Source of the DNA: Marsupella aquatica
Lineage: Eukaryota; Plantae; Marchantiophyta
Assembly: GCA_973895155.1 (NCBI GenBank)
Contig: OZ316892.1
Location: forward strand, 24,561,971 to 24,625,970
Direction of reading: 5' to 3'
DNA length: 64,000 nucleotides
A program made the position numbers and the translations under genes. Shown in pieces: positions 37,382 to 49,749 of this stretch. The notes below the pieces were generated by a model, which was not told the DNA's origin, did not search any database, and saw nothing but the letters and a program-made list of their open reading frames with translations. Positions within the stretch are counted from its first letter, which is position 1, and every line of letters begins with the position of its first letter.

Positions 37382-40300
37382 CAGGGTAAAATGCACTAAT
37401 GGAGTAGGACAACCAAATTTAAGGCAGGGATGTACAATTTGTGTTGTGAGTCATGACTCCTCACTGATAGAAGGCGCTCTCTTCTTGATAAGTGCACATG
37501 CTACAAGTCTGCCCTAACCAGTTTAGTCCACCCTTCATTGTAGGGACAATTAGGTTTGCTCATGCCCAACCCTCAATTTAATAGACCTTTTCAAACAAGA
37601 GCCCAATGACTAAGTTAATAATTTCTCTACATTTCAGGTTTTTACTAAACTATGTAGATATCAAAATGCTCAAAATATTTCTAAAATATGTACTGATGGA
37701 ATTGTTTTTCCAAGTTTCACTCAAATTTCAAATATCTCATTTCTTGTTGGCTCGAACCTGATAGCACTACAGTACTGTATACCCAAGTGGTAACTTGGTT
37801 AGATGTTCTCAAGATTTATTTTTTGCTTGCTTCAAGACTTTTGCAAGTGGCCATGTAGTTTCCCTGGTCCTTTGCTATAGCCAGAACATGTATCCGGGCC
37901 CTATTTCAGCAGAAACACATTTTCCTGGGAACTTTCATATTAAATTTTCAGGCTGTCCTATGTGGAATTTAATCTACTCCCCATTTCCTGATTGGAAATT
38001 TCCAGCCCACCTTTTTGGGAGGTCAAAATTTGGGGCTGGCGCCTGCTTTTAGGTTATTCATTAGCATTCCTGGTCCCTGAGAGAGTGGACCCTTTCTGTG
38101 AGTCTTCCTTAGTATTTTCATTGAAGGTTCTTGGGCCATCCCTTGCCAGCCTGGCCCCAAGATTCACTGATTTCAATATCTTTGAGGTGGCAACTCTTCC
38201 TCACAAGGAGGCTTACACTCATGGGGTTTAGGGTTTAGAGTTATGGGCCATAATCCCCTATGATGGGCTGGCATTGGAGTCTTGGGCCAATATTGAGGAG
38301 AATGAATGTGATTAGCACATCGAGTGTGGGAGTGGCATCCCAGGCAGGGGAACCTGGCTCATAAATAAACAATGTCATTCATGTTCAATTGTCTAGCACA
38401 CATTTTGGGGTTTGAGAGGTGCAAAATTACCAAGCTACAAGGGTGGATGGGGTCTCCATCCCAATCTTCTAATTAATTTCTTCTCAAATTTTGCTGGAGA
38501 GATATACCCTCCAAATGCAATTTCTTTCCTTAACCAATCAAAAGATGCATATTTTGTCCCAATAGACCTGCGGGCCCACCAAAGATATGATTTCATGTCA
38601 GAAGTTCTAATAACACAATTTTCAGTCTTTATAACATGAGAAAGTCACTATACAATGTAGGATGTTCTATGGTTGTTGAGTGTCTGACGGCGTTGCCAAA
38701 TCCGTCCAACTACAACCGGAATGTCAAGTGAATCGTTTGTTGTGCAGCCGCAACACAATACAGAGCGTTGCGGTTAGAACTTGTGTACATTGACAACAAT
38801 GTATACAATGTATAATTAGAGGACTTCAGTTTAGGGCAACCACAGCTTAGGCGCATCAAATCAAAATGAATACGTGCATCTTGAATGAAACCTGCCAAAT
38901 TGTAAACATAATCTTGGATTGGCTGAATGATAATTTTTGGCTGCTCCTTCATTGCAATTTGCACATCTCAATGGTAGCCATAGGAGGAACACAAGCATGG
39001 GCACAAGTAGGAACAGCAAGAACAAGCGGCAAACTAAAATGCCAAGAAATGAACTCAAGAAGACTGGTTCCCAACTGGTTTCATAAGAGGGCACATATGA
39101 ATTTTTAAAAATGTTGTGTTTTTTATACCATATTCACATTGTCTTCAAACACGCAATGAGGTTGCAGACGCTACAGCGCTTGGATGCTTCAAAGTGACCG
39201 TAACTCTTTCCTTTGTAACGTGGATATAATAGCCACAATGTATTCATCCAAGCTAGGAGGCGGTGCTACAACACTTGGGTACTCCAATGTTGTCATAAGA
39301 TCCTTTATTTGTAGTTTGAATACATCAGTCACAATGTATTCAACCAAGCCGGGAAGCCGTTGCACTTTTGGCACTTGTGTGAATCCATGCACTACACATT
39401 TACTTTTTGATGTTACTATACTTAATCAACTACACTCTTACCAGACTGCATAGTCAGCCTGAATTGTGTGATAAACACTTTCACAAGAACATTGTTGTAT
39501 GGAGTGGGCCCAGTGGTCCATTGGAAGAGAATCTGAAAATTTGGGTCCATTAGGAGAGAATCTCAATCTTTTGGTCCATTAAGATAAAAAGTTTGGTTTG
39601 GAGGTCCACTAAGTATCGGGCTAAGTATATCTCTCAATTTTTCTGAGATATGATTTCTAAAGAGACATATTTTAATTAAATGGTGCTCATATGAAGCAAT
39701 TGTTCAGCCTGCTCAAATACTCAGGGTTGAGTGCAAAGAGGGGCTCACTATGCAAATATGTTATTGCAAAACATCTATCCAAAAGTGCAACTTGCTTAAA
39801 ATTCACACATACTGACCAAAAAAAAGGCAAGTGTATTAGGTAGAGTAAACATTGCACTACCTGATAAACCAAAGGGTCAGGGAATCTGCAGTAGTTGATG
39901 ACTTCAAGGGGTTTGTATTCCTGCCTTACACTGTTGCATTGATTGCCATTTACTTCTCGTCAATTACCATCTTTGCTGTCTACTCTGCAAATATGACAAA
40001 ACCCCTTTTCATACACTCAGCCATACACTCAGCCAAGAACCTATGGCTTGAACCTAGAAGGAATCTAATCTCGCAACAGGCCTCCTTCTTTCCAAGGTCT
40101 TACACTTCGGCACGTTTCATTGGAAGTGGACCACGAGGGAAACAGACTGATTGGCTTGTGTCCACGAGATAGCAGAACTTTGGCTTTATTGGACTGAAAT
40201 GAGAAGTCTCTTATATCTTTCACAGACGCTTTAGAAGGGCTCATACATTTTTGGAATGGATTTGAAAGCCCTGATTAGCAATTACATAAGAAGCAACGTC

Positions 40301-41440
40301 ACAATCCTAGAGCGGGATTTTCAGCCTAAACTTGAAAAATTGCCCCTCAAAGGTCTCACCATTTCCCATCAAAATTAAATTCCCAGTTCTGGGCAGCCAT
40401 TTCTTAATCTGCAAATCCCCACAATCTGCCATAATATGAGGTTATTGCAGTCTAATTACTTTAGCTCAAAATTTCAGATCAACTTTCCCTGAAGTTCCGT
40501 ACCTAACCTTGAATTATTTACCTTTAATTGTTGTGTACTACAAACAATGCATCCTGCACATTCTTCTAACAAACATAAACATGCTTAATTAGACAATCAA
40601 TACACTCCATAATTACATCAAATCTATAGATATGACGAAGTAGATAGTCTCTCATAGTCTACGTAGGCTCTCATAGTCTCTGAATCTCACATCCTCAATA
40701 CTTCACCAGTTGTGGAGATTCTATCCAAACCACCCAAGTTGTTTCAATCCATATACAACCTCCATATGTAAGACATCTGCTGGCAGGATCTACTAATTAC
40801 AGTAATTATCAAGAACCGGCTAGTGACTATGTGCTGCATGACACATCCAAACTCAAGGCACTTACTTCGCTAGCCAGGGCTTCAAGTGACAGAAAACCGG
40901 GTTTCTAACTAGCTATCAAAATTGTGCACCCTACAGAGGGTGCTGGCCGATGCGCTGGCCACGTGGCAAAGCTGAAAATGTTTAAATACTTAGAGGTCCT
41001 AACAATCGACAACATATCACAAACTGAAATGACCTGGGAACCTTAGCGAGCCACAGCTCATTAGGAAATGTAGAATTATGATGGCCCAGAATTAGCTAGT
41101 TGCTAAATATCCAGGTCAGTATCTCATATCTTCAGGCTCTCGAAACTGCTTCCCCATGAATCCAGGACTATCACCACTGACAGTTCCCTACAATGGTCCC
41201 CAATTTCGAAAGTACCATCATCATCTGGACTGCTTCTAGGCCCAATCTTGAGGACCATCACCATAGCTCCCAATACCATGAAATATTCCCAGCTGAATGC
41301 CACAACGCATAGAAACCTGCACTACTGAATCTGAGATTCTTAGAGGCCCCGTTAGAGCCTCCGTTAAGAGTCTCAGCATTCTACTCCTATCCGGACAATT
41401 TTGAGGGGGCCCGTGCAGGCTGGGACTGTCCTGCCCTCCG

Positions 41441-41658
41441 AAATCATGAAAAGAAAACATGCCTTGCAGTAGTGGCTGCCTTTTAAGGACTGCAGATGTA
41501 TGCAAATTTTGTCACAAAGAGTGAGATCACAGTGGTCCTGTGCAAGCTCCCAAATCATGAAAAGAAAACATGCCTTGCAGTAGTGGCTGCCTTTAAGGAC
41601 TGCAGATGTATGCAAATTTTGTCACAAAGAGTGAGATCACAGTGGTCCTGTGCAAGCT
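41441..41658. repeat. Near-perfect ~110-bp tandem duplication downstream of the kinase
   Basis: aaatcatgaaaagaaaacatg...gtggtcctgtgcaagct starts at 41441 and again at 41552. Confidence 0.9.
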
Positions 41659-41958
41659 ATGCACAAACACTGAAAGATGTGAATGTGGTACTCTGGCAAG
41701 CGTACATACTAGAGATGGCTGCCGCTCGCAAAAAAACAGTAGGATTGGCCGTCTGCATTTCGATTTGGGACCTAGCATGAAAACAATATGGGGATGGTGA
41801 CCACCTGTGCAAGCCAGAAAACAGCTCCGGTGATGCTCTAATAGGTGAGAGTGGAAGCATGATAGGTACCTTGGGATTGAGTGATACCTGTCCTGGCAGC
41901 TAAATTCACTTGGAATGGGGTGAATTAGTGAACTCTCTAGTGTTCTGGGCCATGATTT

Positions 41959-44211
41959 CTAGCTTCGCCTATGTACGAGAAAGTCAGGAGGCGAGAATGG
42001 ACCTACATATTGCTCCCCAGTCAAAAAAGGATGCAGCAGTGCTTGTCTTGGTGTCCAACGCTTTCGGAAATCAAAATGCAGAACCCCCGTTAGAAAGTCC
42101 AGAAAGGCCGCACGGCAACTGATCTCTTCGGTCATTTCTTGTGGTGTCATCCTTTTGGCCCTCGCCTGTTTGTTCATGATGATGTCTTCAAGGGTCATCC
42201 TGTTAAAATACCTCTTCTCTGCTTTAGGCTTTCCCAGCCCATAAGCTCTCACTCGAGCTTCAACGTCAGCTTCACTCAACAACGTAAAAACTAAAGGACG
42301 ATTTATTGACCGTCCGTTTGATGCCTGACTGCTTGGACTTGGAGTCCGGTTTGCTAGCTTGAAAAATCTACCTCTTACTTCATCTCCGGAGGCAAAGATG
42401 ATTTCGTCAGGAGGCTGACGTCCCAAAATGTCAATCATGAACCGAAAAAGATCATATTCATTGGCACCCGGAAAAAGGGGAATACCCAGAAACAGCTCCG
42501 CCGCAACACAACCCAAGGACCACATATCCATAGCCGGGGTATAAGCAAGCTTGAGCACAACTTCTGGAGATCGGTAGTGCCGGCTTTGTATGTAGACGTT
42601 TCGACCTCCAGCACTGAAAGTCTTCACATTACTTGAAGCTAAGCCAAAGTCGATCAACTTGATCCTTGCATAAGTCTCCAAAAACACTGAGTTCAGAATA
42701 ATTTCCTTCTCTGTTTGATCAGGGCGATCATCTCCGGCATTTCTCAGAGCTTCGAGAGCCGCGATTATTTTTTCTGTGAAATCCTCCAAGGGGCCTGGGT
42801 GTAGCACAATATTTTCCGGCTTCAGATCACAATGCATAACTCCGGCCGCATCAAGAGCTGTAAGAGCCTCTAATATCTGTCCTGTGAGCCGCCTAACGAC
42901 TTTTATGGAAAGACCTGCATATGAGTTCAGCCTCAACAACTCATGCAGATCGATGCTCAGTAGCTCAAAAACCAGGCACAAGTGTCCTGCAAATACAAAG
43001 CTTTCTAGAAAGTGAACGATGTTGCTCGTATCGTATGGATCACGCACGTTCAGAAGCTTGCAAATACTCTTTTCAACTTCAGCAAGGTTGCGGAAATCGC
43101 TTCTGTTCTTTATGATCTTGACAGCCACATGCTCTCTAGACTGATACATTGGATTACTCGTCCAGCATTTGCACACTTGCCCAAAGGATCCCTTTCCCAG
43201 CATATCCTTCACAACATAACTGACTTTCGACGTGGAATTTACAAGGACGTCATCGACTTGGAGAATGAGGTCATGGTCCACATTATCTCGCCCATCGTTT
43301 CTGACTCCTTCCGAAGGGTTGGTGAGGTAGCGTTTCGGAGGATCGGCTTGAAGAATGCTGGGGTCATTTTCCACATTACCTCGCCCTGGATCGTTGCTGA
43401 CTCCATCAGAAGGGGTAGTGAGTTCATCTTCCACACCATCTGGCCCATCGCTGCCGACTCCCTTCGAAGGATTAGTGAGAAGATCGGCTTGGGGAACATT
43501 GAGGTCATTTTCCAATTTTTCTCGCCCTGGATGATCGTTGCTGACTTCCTCCGAGGGTTTAGTGAGGTAGCCTTCAGGGTGATCAATTTTGAGTCCAACC
43601 AGGTTATTTTCCACAATAATTCGCCCATGATCGTTGCTGAATCCCTTCGAAGGGGTAGTGAGGTCACCTTTGGGAGCTTGGACTGACCATTTTTGATCAG
43701 GATTGCAGACTCTGTACGTCTCAATCATATCTTTTGTCAACTTATTGACTACAAGAGGACAGTTGCACGTGACCTCCGTGATCTTCTCTGGTTCCTCCAC
43801 GTGAAAACCATTCGCTACTCTACCTGCACAAACTAATATTCCATTCGCTAGCCGCCCCGTTAGCCGCCCGGATGGGTTGACTGAGAGGTGAACATATGGA
43901 CGAAAGGAGAGCGTCTTCGGGATCCATCCGGACTTGCACTGCTGCTGCTGGACTTGCTTCGCTGCTACTGCTGTACTAGGAGTCACCAGTGTCAAATTGC
44001 CAATCCCGTTAGGCACCAGGGTCGAATCGCCATTAGTCGGACCGTTAGTACTCACCGGTGCCGGCTTGCCATGAACTGAGGCGTTAATCACTAGAGAGGC
44101 CGACTTGCCATTTCTGTTACTAGTCAGCAGTAGTTCTGCCGGATTGCCATTCTCGCTGCTGCTGTTGCAAGAAGCATCATCCGGGGGCCTCCCTGCCTCC
44201 TTGCTTTCCAT
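41959..44211 (-). CDS. YAK1: YAK1-like DYRK-family protein kinase, single exon (probable retrocopy)
   Basis: Uninterrupted ORF from ATG 44211. It has plant YAK1 N-terminal motifs (WIPKTLSFRPY; LTKDMIETYRVCNP; YLTNPSEGVRNDGRDN) and the kinase motifs GKGSFGQV, VAVK, HCDLKPEN, DFG, YIQSRHYRSPE and DMWSLGC. Confidence 0.9.
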   Translation of the reverse strand: MESKEAGRPPDDASCNSSSENGNPAELLLTSNRNGKSASLVINASVHGKPAPVSTNGPTNGDSTLVPNGIGNLTLVTPSTAVAAKQVQQQQCKSGWIPKTLSFRPYVHLSVNPSGRLTGRLANGILVCAGRVANGFHVEEPEKITEVTCNCPLVVNKLTKDMIETYRVCNPDQKWSVQAPKGDLTTPSKGFSNDHGRIIVENNLVGLKIDHPEGYLTKPSEEVSNDHPGREKLENDLNVPQADLLTNPSKGVGSDGPDGVEDELTTPSDGVSNDPGRGNVENDPSILQADPPKRYLTNPSEGVRNDGRDNVDHDLILQVDDVLVNSTSKVSYVVKDMLGKGSFGQVCKCWTSNPMYQSREHVAVKIIKNRSDFRNLAEVEKSICKLLNVRDPYDTSNIVHFLESFVFAGHLCLVFELLSIDLHELLRLNSYAGLSIKVVRRLTGQILEALTALDAAGVMHCDLKPENIVLHPGPLEDFTEKIIAALEALRNAGDDRPDQTEKEIILNSVFLETYARIKLIDFGLASSNVKTFSAGGRNVYIQSRHYRSPEVVLKLAYTPAMDMWSLGCVAAELFLGIPLFPGANEYDLFRFMIDILGRQPPDEIIFASGDEVRGRFFKLANRTPSPSSQASNGRSINRPLVFTLLSEADVEARVRAYGLGKPKAEKRYFNRMTLEDIIMNKQARAKRMTPQEMTEEISCRAAFLDFLTGVLHFDFRKRWTPRQALLHPFLTGEQYVGPFSPPDFLVHRRS

Positions 44212-47200
44212 GTCTCGAAGATGAATGTACAAGTAGTGGAATCACTGGGATCTGAAACTGCTGCCACGCCCACTGAAACATGACGTCCTGAAATGATGAC
44301 TTCCCCAAATTTCGTCGTTCTAAACTCAAACTTCCTGTGCCCTTTTCTTCAAACGAGTGTCGTAATCCGAATTCGATTTTCTAGCTGTGATAGAGCCTAC
44401 CCCTGGCTAATAGAATTTCAGCGAGTAGACTTCGTTGTGATGAAAAGGGGGTGAAAATAATGAATGACCTGATCGAGCCACCCGCTTTTCACTGCACTTC
44501 CTAGTATCGTCGCATCTGAAGAAACTCGAATGATCGAACAGCAGAGGGACGATGTCCTGAAGAAGTGTGCAATCCATCATCGAATCCATGGTCATGATGA
44601 CCAATGTTGCAGAAATTCCATTTGAGCGAACCGAATCAGTGCACTGCGAGTTTCGAATCCGAATCAGTGGGTTCAGAGTTCGATCCAATTTCTCGTTTCT
44701 CTGAAATGAAGGACCACCTAATTATTCGAAGGCGAGTAATGTGGCGTCTCCTCTGTTGATGGAGATTGCTTGGAGCAATCCATTGGTACGCCGAACATGT
44801 TGTGGTCTAAGACCTGCAGGCCCAGATTACATAGTAGACCAAAATGGATCTCAGACCACCGAAGTTCGGTCGCTTCACCTCCAGAGGAAAAGCGCTCGAC
44901 ACATATTCTAGATCAGAACAAATACCGATTTAGTTATCATGATTGACGAGAAATTACAAAAAAGCGTTCAGTACGTCTCAACGATTAGATAACAGAATTT
45001 CTTATGTCAGCATAGATCATCTACTCGATCTCTTTAAATCCACTCCTGACTGCATTGGACATTAACTAGTTATCTGCAGATGGTGACTCAGAGAATTCTC
45101 TCAAGCTCGCTGACAGTAATACGCTTTGAGTTCATAGTCTGATCATGATGTAAAATGCCTGCGCCGTGACTCGGGGCCTCAACCCGATATATTTGCTCGT
45201 TCGCTTGTGCTCCTCGCAGCTGCATCGTCTAAATTAACGGAACAGCCAGAGATCCGACCTTGGGATCCAATTTCCTGGGATTTTCTCATCTCCAGCTCGT
45301 CTCATTTGCCGTACCACTACTGTCATCCTAGGTAGCTAGAGGTCTGAATTTTTCCGACCGTGATTGACTCTACCACAATGGAGCTCTGTTGTAATGCAGC
45401 AGGTGAATTCTTCGATTTCAGAAACACTATGCCGTTCAGCTCATTCAATTGACAGAGACTAAGTGAAGGAAAGACAGCAGACAAAGAAACAAGAGAAGGT
45501 GGAGTGTGCAATTGGTGGAACTAGCTGCTTCATGGAAGCCTGAGCACTTGGATCTTAGGAGAATAGTATATAACTGGAGACGGACACTTCAACATATTTG
45601 GCCGTTTTCCCATTGTACTTTTTCGATGTCAGTCAAACATTTGATTCTCATGTCTCATGTAATATAAAACAATTATCCAAACTATGATTTACTCTATGGA
45701 ATATTTTCATTCAGATTCTGTTAAAATAGCCTATGGGAAATTGAAGCCTGGCGGACCTGCACGTTGCCATATGCTGGGATATACTGCTGCAAACCTAAAT
45801 GGACACTCATAAGTGCTAGCCTAAATGGACCACAGAAAAACACTAATACACTTCTGAGTGAAATGTTACAAGAGAAGAGAGTCATCTTTGGAAACTTTTG
45901 AGTCTCTCAATTCTCAATGAAATCTGACTATATGAGAATCATTGGAAAGATACTCCCAAAAGCTTTCTAGTGAACCCAATAAAATTAAGATTCCATTGGG
46001 TATCAAGGGAGATACTAGATGTCAAAGTTAGCTACTACAAAACTTATGAAAGCGTAAAGTGTGGGGAGTGACTGATGGAGTGATCTTTAAAAGTTCACAA
46101 CTCTTAATTCTCATGAAAACTACGGATATTAGACTGGAGTGATCTTTAAACATTCAGAACTCTCAATTCTCATAAAAACTACTCATATTTAAAAATTCAG
46201 AACTTAAAAACTACTGATATTAGACTTGTTGGAAAGATCTTTCAATAGCTACAACGCGCCCAAGACAGGCCAATGCTAGACAGAAAAGAGTCGCTGAAAG
46301 TCAAGCATTGTTGTTGAAAACTTTGTGGAAACAAGAAGGGCGTCAATGAGTGCGGATGTAAAAGGGTGACAATCCTTTGGGGATGCATGGTTCAGAGACT
46401 CCGTCCATGGAAATATCACTAATGCTATTGAAAATACTTTCAAGTATGAAATAGTCAAATTAATGTAGGGTTTACCTATTAATGGGAAGTGATTTGCTGC
46501 AATCTAAAAGCTTATGATGCAAAAAATTAACTCACTATATTATCCCCTATGAAAATTTGGACATAAGTTGGAAACAATTTCATTTGACCTCTACTTTCAG
46601 GAGAAGAAATGTTTTTTTTTTCAGGGTTGATTTCAGATTGCTCCAGTCGCTCCCTCTCTCACTCATGCCCCTAGGCAAGAATAGTGTTCATTCTAATTAT
46701 TCATTGGTGTAAATGGGGCAGCATCTGCCTCCCAGCCACCTCTAGACCTTGCCTCCCAAAACCAATTCTCTAATCATGAATTTTTTGTATTTTGCTTCAT
46801 AAAACCAGAGAGGGGACTGGGGAAGCAAATAGGGCCAGCAACACCATTTTAAAAGCATATAAGGCGGGTAGTGTTTTTTAAGCTCAATTTGGGTTTTAAT
46901 GCCCCAGAATTGACCTATGTATTTACATTCATTGTGATTTAAACTATTCAGAATATGGGAACATCTATATGATAATTTTGGATGATGGGTTCATGTCAAA
47001 ACTTAGTATACAACTTCATCGGGAATTTAATCGAATATTTGTTCCCAAGAGTCTGCTGTACTCTAGAGCTCCGCCATCAGACAGGCATGATGATCATTTT
47101 TTGTTGATGACAGATTATATTTTGTTTTCATCGCCATAGTCTTTTAATGGGATGAAACGGGCCAAGCTAGCATTTGCATTGCGTTCATAATTTATGACGC

Positions 47201-49749
47201 ATTGTAAACCTTGAGGGGTACCAAAAGTATATCCGTTTTTCCAAGGACATGAGTCCTTAGAGAATAACTACTAGAGGACCAAAAAATCCCAAAGATCACA
47301 TGGGAGCGCCAGGATTGTTTAGTTGATATTGAAATGTTAGATCTTGAATGTCAAATCTTTGGAATTATGGGTTTAAACTTTTTGTAACTCCCAATCTTTT
47401 TGGAATGTGCCCAAACCTTTTGGAAGTATGCTCAAGCAAATCTTAGGTTGTCCCTCATCCTTGCCTCTCCTTTTATTATGAGCTAGTGCTTTTTCAGTCA
47501 TTTGGTACTTTTCAACCTTGTCATCCACCACCTTCATCTCAAATTAGTCTAGTCTGGTGTGGTTGTGGAGATGATCCTGGGGTAAGTTTCATTTATTTTC
47601 TTCCTTCCGAATCACACGCACAAATGAATAAAGGACCTTGTAAAAAACTTATAAACTTTTGTGGAAGAACATTGTAAGTAGTTTAATCTAACTTTAAGAA
47701 CTATAAAACTCTAGGGAACAATATCTATCTATGGTTATTTCAAAAATTTGCCAGAAACTGCTGATATATTAATCACAGCCCATCCAAAGAATATTTTCTT
47801 TCACCCAATTTTTTTTTCTTTTTTTTTCTTTTTTTCCCTTTTTTTTCATTCACCCAGGTTTACCCATTTCTTTGTTTATTTGAAATGTAGTTTTCCAGCT
47901 TTTGTTTCTGAATCTACTATTCCGGTGTCCAAGTGTCTTCCTTTGTCTTGTTTCAAACACAAATAGTCATGTTTGGTTTGTTCATGCAAAATTAACCATT
48001 CTTGTTTGTGACCAATAGGGTCAATGTGGCTGCACGTGCTTCCGGGATGTTGGAAGGAGCTTCCCATGGGGGTCTATAAATAACTATGAGACAAATAGAG
48101 GAAACAGATTCAAATGGCCAAGGCGCTTACCCTACAACCAAATGCCAAAAACAACACTTAGGTTCAAGAATAGAATACAAAATCAGCCTATGGCTAAGAG
48201 TGGATCAGGGTCAAGTGCCTATACACGGACATGGAAGGAATACAAACCCTAAAACATCTTTTAGAAGGGGTAAACAGTCCCATCACAACCACCATTTCTA
48301 CTCACTACCTTACCTAGTAAAATGAATCCAAGCTTGGCAATAGCTAATATCAAACAACAATATTGTTCTGCCATTGTTGGGAAATGGTGGCTGGCTCTTC
48401 AATCGCAGTGATTTCCATCAAGACAACGTCTAGGGTTAGAGACTAATGCTCCTGGTGTATCCATGTTTTATTTTAAGTTTTCTTAACAAGTTGGAGTTCG
48501 GTTCCTTGGGTTACTAGAGAATGATCCAAAGATCCTAAGCAACGTTCCCTTAGGTAACTAAAAACATAATTTTTGTTCTTAGTCTTTTGGGTGAAGGAAT
48601 GTAACTCGGGAGTCAATTACAAGAAACTGTAGGAACCACATGCAATCTAAAATACATACTCTCATAATTCTTTTACCAAAAATTTATAAAGCATAGGAAA
48701 ATCAAGAATTCATTATTTACTTTATTTTAGATAGATGATTACCTAATTTAAATTTCAAAATAGGAGTACTAGAATATTCTCTTCCTAAAATAGAGACGTC
48801 TTACGTAGGTCGCGATTGCCCATGATATCTAAACAACACTAAGTTAACCCCTGAAATTACAAAAGGACAAAATTTGATGCAATAATACCCTTGCTGAACA
48901 GTTCATCGGGAAGGTCATTTTGTTCTTATGCAAATTTAGCACTGCATATGTTCTGGTCAACAAAGAACTATGCTATTTTATTTGAAGGACGTAAAGCAAC
49001 AGTACGGGTATTCGAACACTGTAATACCGTATGCGGCCCAAAACATCCTTAGTCATTTTACAAAGTGAGTAATCGGCAGGAGCCAATCCTGGCCCTTCAT
49101 TGAAATTAATCCGTGGACCCCCATGTTCATCCAAGGAATGTGTGTTTGATGAAGTGAAATCAATTTTCAACAAGGCGGTAATCGCCCGGGTAATCGATGG
49201 TTTTGAGTCTCCCGATGGTCTTGGTGTGTGCTCGTACAAAAGAAAAGTAACGCTCAAAAGATAGAGGAGATTTATCAACGGAAGGTTGAATATGGAGGAA
49301 TTGAGTTTTTTGACGGTTTTTGCTTACACATTAGAGAAATTGTGTTTCTATCATTCATGATTGATCGTTTGTGAGTTACATTGAGCATTACCGCCACAAG
49401 ACAGCCCGGAGGACAACACTTAGCTATTGGCAAAAGAGCGCTTGTCGATTCGATGGGAAGAACACACAAAACAAACAAGTCATCGCTTCACATGAAGGAT
49501 TTGTAGTTTTTTTTATTTAAGAAAGCTATGGTGTGAGAGGGAGACCAATGATTGTTTCTTTGACATAGAGGCTGCATTTGGTGTCAACCTGTGTTCAGAG
49601 TGAGCTTCAGTTGAAGACTAGAGGAATGCAAACAATTCAAGTCGGGAAGCAAGCATTGTGGACAAGGGATGGCGACGTAATCAAAGAAATCAATTTTCAA
49701 CGGCTAAGTTTGTGACGGTGATGAGATTGTGATATCTCTTAATCGAGAA

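Noticed and set aside
43012-43686. 224-aa plus-strand ORF with internal repeats
   Set aside because: Antisense shadow of the kinase repeat region, with no independent motif.
48970-49500. Possible foreign coding relic
   Set aside because: All frames are interrupted and I recognise no motif, so it cannot be supported without a search.
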